Below are positions 60,879-64,000 of a stretch of 64,000 nt of DNA, piece after piece. Position 1 is the stretch's first letter. Each line of letters starts with the position of its first letter. This stretch comes from Candidatus Cloacimonadota bacterium (GTDB lineage Bacteria > Cloacimonadota > Cloacimonadia > JGIOTU-2). The DNA lies in assembly GCA_049903315.1 (NCBI GenBank), contig JBNGBT010000008.1:1-64000 (forward strand). Reading direction: 5' to 3'. The position numbers were made by a program, and so were the translations under genes. The notes beneath the pieces were generated by a model. The model ran no database searches and had not been told where the DNA came from. It saw only the letters and a list, made by a program, of their open reading frames with translations.

Positions 60879-62090
60879 TTATTTTTTTCTTTTCTTTGGC
60901 AACGTAATTGTGAATTTTGTGCCTTTCCCCTTTTCTGAGTCAACAGAAATGTTTCCCCCATGCTCTTTTATGATCTTGTAAGAAACTGCAAGACCAAGCC
61001 CCGTCCCCTTTGATCCCTTTGTGCTGAAAAAAACCTGGAATAGTTTTGCTTGAGTTTCCGGCGACATGCCTATGCCTGAATCCACAACATGGATTTTGAA
61101 AGTCTTTCCCTTTGTTGATTGTACAGAAACTTCGACATTGCCCTTGGCAGATTCTTCGCACGCATCAATGGCATTGGAAACAAGATTAAGCACACAGCGC
61201 TTCACTCCTTTTGCATCGATCTCAACTTCGTCAAGCGATTCTTCCGGTAAGAATTTCATTGAAACATTTTTCTCTTTCCCCTTTTGCTCCATGAGATCGC
61301 ACACGCTTTTCACCAGTTCATTTACATCGGCAGTTACATATTCAGGTTCACGCTCTTTGGAATATGAAAGCATGTCAAGAACAAGTTCTTTCATGAAGAT
61401 GTTATTCTTTTTTACGATATTCCAGCCCTTATCAACATTTGAGAAATTCTCTTTCTTCAGCCCGAGGTCAAGAATATAAGATCCGCCCTGGATTCCATTA
61501 AGTACGTTTTTTATGCAATGAGCAAGTCCCGAAACAGTTTGTCCTACTGCAGCAAGACGCTCATTTTTTACAATATGCTCGTGGAGTTTTGCGTTTTCGA
61601 TGGCAATTGCAGCTTGTGAAGCAATTGCATCGAGAAAGATCCGGTCCGCATCATCAAATTTTTCGTCGTTCATTTTATTGATAACTTCGACAGCACCGAG
61701 GCATTTATCAGGAGTGCTCATCGGCACACAGAGGATTGATTTTGTAATGAAGCCACTTTTCTTATCCGCAGCTTTGTAGAAGCGCCTGTCTTTGGATACA
61801 TCATTTACGAGTACCGGCTTACCTTCTTTGATTACCCAACCGACAATGCCTTCACCCGCTTTCATCCGTATGGTTTTAATAATCTTAGCTTTTTCACCTT
61901 CAGTCACGTGGAAGAGAAGCTCATTCGTTTCTTCATCGATAAGTACAAGGGAAGATGCCTCCACTTGCATCGCCTGGGTGGTGACGTCCATGACGGATTT
62001 CAGGACCTTATCAAGATCAAGATGAGAGTTAATTGTCTGTATGATCTTGAGGATCGCATCCGATTGAGCAGTGTCTATTTTTTCTGGCAT
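60879..62090 (-). CDS. Cytoplasmic GAF-domain histidine kinase
   Basis: GAF (GEGIVGWV, SILCVP, NK..FDD.D, AIENAKL); AHCIKN; NAIDA, DSGIGM, GTGLGL. Confidence 0.93.
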   Translation of the reverse strand: MPEKIDTAQSDAILKIIQTINSHLDLDKVLKSVMDVTTQAMQVEASSLVLIDEETNELLFHVTEGEKAKIIKTIRMKAGEGIVGWVIKEGKPVLVNDVSKDRRFYKAADKKSGFITKSILCVPMSTPDKCLGAVEVINKMNDEKFDDADRIFLDAIASQAAIAIENAKLHEHIVKNERLAAVGQTVSGLAHCIKNVLNGIQGGSYILDLGLKKENFSNVDKGWNIVKKNNIFMKELVLDMLSYSKEREPEYVTADVNELVKSVCDLMEQKGKEKNVSMKFLPEESLDEVEIDAKGVKRCVLNLVSNAIDACEESAKGNVEVSVQSTKGKTFKIHVVDSGIGMSPETQAKLFQVFFSTKGSKGTGLGLAVSYKIIKEHGGNISVDSEKGKGTKFTITLPKKRKK

Positions 62091-62125
62091 AATTTTTACC
62101 AAATTATTAATAAATGGACTTAGCG

Positions 62126-62143
62126 TGTAATATTTTTGTTACG
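62126..62143. promoter_or_regulatory. Third copy of the 18-bp motif, abutting a TTGACG -35-like hexamer upstream of the regulator cluster
   Basis: tgtaatatttttgttacg is 16/18 identical to the reverse complement of 52884-52901 (tgttatctttttgttacg). Confidence 0.55.
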
Positions 62144-62471
62144 TCAAGTTTTTTGCTTTTTGTGAGCGAGAGATAAAAATGTTCTGTAAAGAAATAGCAG
62201 GCAGAAAACGCAGATCGAGCAGATGGGTGCAGATAGGAAACAAACAAAGTAAAATAAGATTCCAATCTTGTTTAGATGGAATAAATGAGTTCAGATATTA
62301 TTAAATACACAATGAAACATTTTTTGAAATCTCATAACGTCAGGAAATGGTCCCTGACCACTCAGTTCATTCATTAATTAGAAGTTAAATGAATTCAGTG
62401 TTGATAATAGTTGACGAAAAAACGGTCTGAAAAAAACTGCGTTACACAGAATAACAGGTAGAAATATACTC

Positions 62472-64000
62472 ATGCATTCAAAAATCTATGATGTGATCGT
62501 AATCGGTGCAGGACATGCTGGCTGCGAAGCAGCACTTGCATCTGCAAAGATGGGTGCCGATACCCTCATGTTCGTCATCAAGCTGGAGACGATCGGCAGG
62601 ATGTCCTGCAATCCCGCAGTTGGAGGACTTGCAAAAGGTCATCTTACAAGAGAGGTTGATGCTCTTGGAGGTGCCATCGGGCAGGTCATTGATAAAACGG
62701 GTATTCACTTCAGGATGCTGAACAGGAGTAAGGGACCGGCAGTCTGGGCTCCACGTGCTCAGGCAGACAGGATCGCATACCAGATCGAGATGCGGTCTGT
62801 AGTCGAGCACCAGGAGAATCTTGAAATAAAAGAAGCATTGGTCGAAGAACTCATTGTTGAAGAGGATCATATAAAGGGAGTCTTAACACAATACGGACAG
62901 ACCTATTATGCTAAAACTGTCATTATTGCAGCTGGTACATTTCTTAATGGTACGATTCATATAGGAAAGAATAATTATTCTGCAGGCAGAGCAGGCGAAT
63001 TTGCATCTATAAAGCTGTCGGATTCTCTGAAAAAGTGCGGATTCCCACTTGTAAGATTTAAAACAGGCACACCTGCGCGACTCGATTCCCGAACACTTGA
63101 TTATTCAAAGCTGGAAGAACAAAAACCGGATGAACCACCCCCCAAATTTTCTTATTATACCGATATTCATCCGAAAAATTATGTAAGTTGTTTTCTCACT
63201 TATACGAACAAAAGCACACACAAAATAATTGCTGATAACATTACCGAATCTTCATTGTTCAGTGGAAATATTACAGGAATTGGTGCGCGGTATTGTCCTT
63301 CTATAGAAGATAAAATAAAAAAATTTCCTGAAAAAGACAGGCATCAGGTTTTTATAGAACCGGAAGGTATCAATACCTTTGAAATGTATGCAAACGGACT
63401 GCCCACAAGCTTTCCTCCGCAGGTGCAGCTTGATATGATTCACTCTGTCGAAGGACTTGAAAAGGCAAAGTTGATGCGCTACGGATATGCGATCGAATAT
63501 GACTGCATCCCAACAGAATATATCCAATACAGCTTAGAAACAAAGTTGGTAAAAGGACTGTTCTTTGCAGGGCAGATCAATGGCACTTCCGGTTATGAGG
63601 AAGCTGCTGCGCAAGGAATTATCGCAGGAATCAACGCGGTGAAATATGTGCAGAAAAAAGACCCAATTATTATGCATCGTGATAATTCATATATCGGAGT
63701 TTTAATCGATGACCTTGTAACCAAAGGAGTCGATGAGCCCTATCGAATGTTCACTGCACGAGCAGAGTATCGTCTTCATTTGCGGCAGGATAATGCAGAT
63801 GAGAGGCTCATGCCACTGGGATATGAGTTGGGACTAATCGATAAATATAGGTACAAACAATTTACCGATGCTCTAAAAATCAAAAATAGAGAGATCAAGA
63901 AATTGTTGAAGGAAAATGCAATATCTGACTCAGAAAAATCATATAAAATGATAGATATTCTCCGAAGACCAGAAATTGCTTACGGCGATCTTGCAAAATT
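62472..64000 (+). CDS. mnmG: tRNA uridine-5-carboxymethylaminomethyl modification enzyme MnmG (3' partial, absent from ORF track)
   Basis: MHSKIYDVIVIGAGHAGCEAA, MSCNPAVGG, RFKTGTP, RYCPSIEDK, AGQINGTSGYEEAAAQG. Confidence 0.98.
   Translation, partial: MHSKIYDVIVIGAGHAGCEAALASAKMGADTLMFVIKLETIGRMSCNPAVGGLAKGHLTREVDALGGAIGQVIDKTGIHFRMLNRSKGPAVWAPRAQADRIAYQIEMRSVVEHQENLEIKEALVEELIVEEDHIKGVLTQYGQTYYAKTVIIAAGTFLNGTIHIGKNNYSAGRAGEFASIKLSDSLKKCGFPLVRFKTGTPARLDSRTLDYSKLEEQKPDEPPPKFSYYTDIHPKNYVSCFLTYTNKSTHKIIADNITESSLFSGNITGIGARYCPSIEDKIKKFPEKDRHQVFIEPEGINTFEMYANGLPTSFPPQVQLDMIHSVEGLEKAKLMRYGYAIEYDCIPTEYIQYSLETKLVKGLFFAGQINGTSGYEEAAAQGIIAGINAVKYVQKKDPIIMHRDNSYIGVLIDDLVTKGVDEPYRMFTARAEYRLHLRQDNADERLMPLGYELGLIDKYRYKQFTDALKIKNREIKKLLKENAISDSEKSYKMIDILRRPEIAYGDLAK

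Noticed and set aside
48..63527. Numerous 60-180 aa antisense or alternate-frame ORFs in the track
   Set aside because: They lie within well-supported genes and show no motifs; treated as shadow ORFs
1..64000. Mobile elements, tRNA, rRNA
   Set aside because: No transposase, integrase, phage gene, tRNA or rRNA signature recognised by eye

Overview
AT-rich bacterial chromosome segment. Its gene content (type IX secretion parts and many C-terminal sorting-domain proteins) points to an FCB-group organism, possibly Cloacimonadota; this is inference. The left half is mostly housekeeping: cinA, purD, a porU/porV-like pair, rpmH-rnpA-yidD-yidC, a large Alu-domain SRP RNA, tldD/pmbA, queD, engB, dxs and mnmE. 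It also holds a large beta-helix repeat surface protein whose frame is interrupted by one in-frame TGA. The right half (about 29.6-62.1 kb, all minus strand) is an unusual type IV pilus locus. Its five pilin-like proteins have essentially no leader peptide and no canonical G|F-x-x-x-E motif, and no prepilin peptidase is present in the window. The locus also has a PilM-PilN-TPR-SPOR-TPR fusion, a PilO-PilP-like fusion, a minimal secretin, a PilT with an altered Asp box, an MshEN-bearing PilB, and a PilS-like sensor lacking the ATPase domain. Two TMTC-like glycosyltransferases sit beside the pilin, and T9SS-type cargo genes follow the secretin. A sigma-54 promoter with two tandem 18-bp candidate enhancer sites precedes the pilin, and the same 18-mer recurs upstream of the regulator cluster. 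A partial mnmG ends the window. All calls are from motif recognition by eye; no database searches were run.
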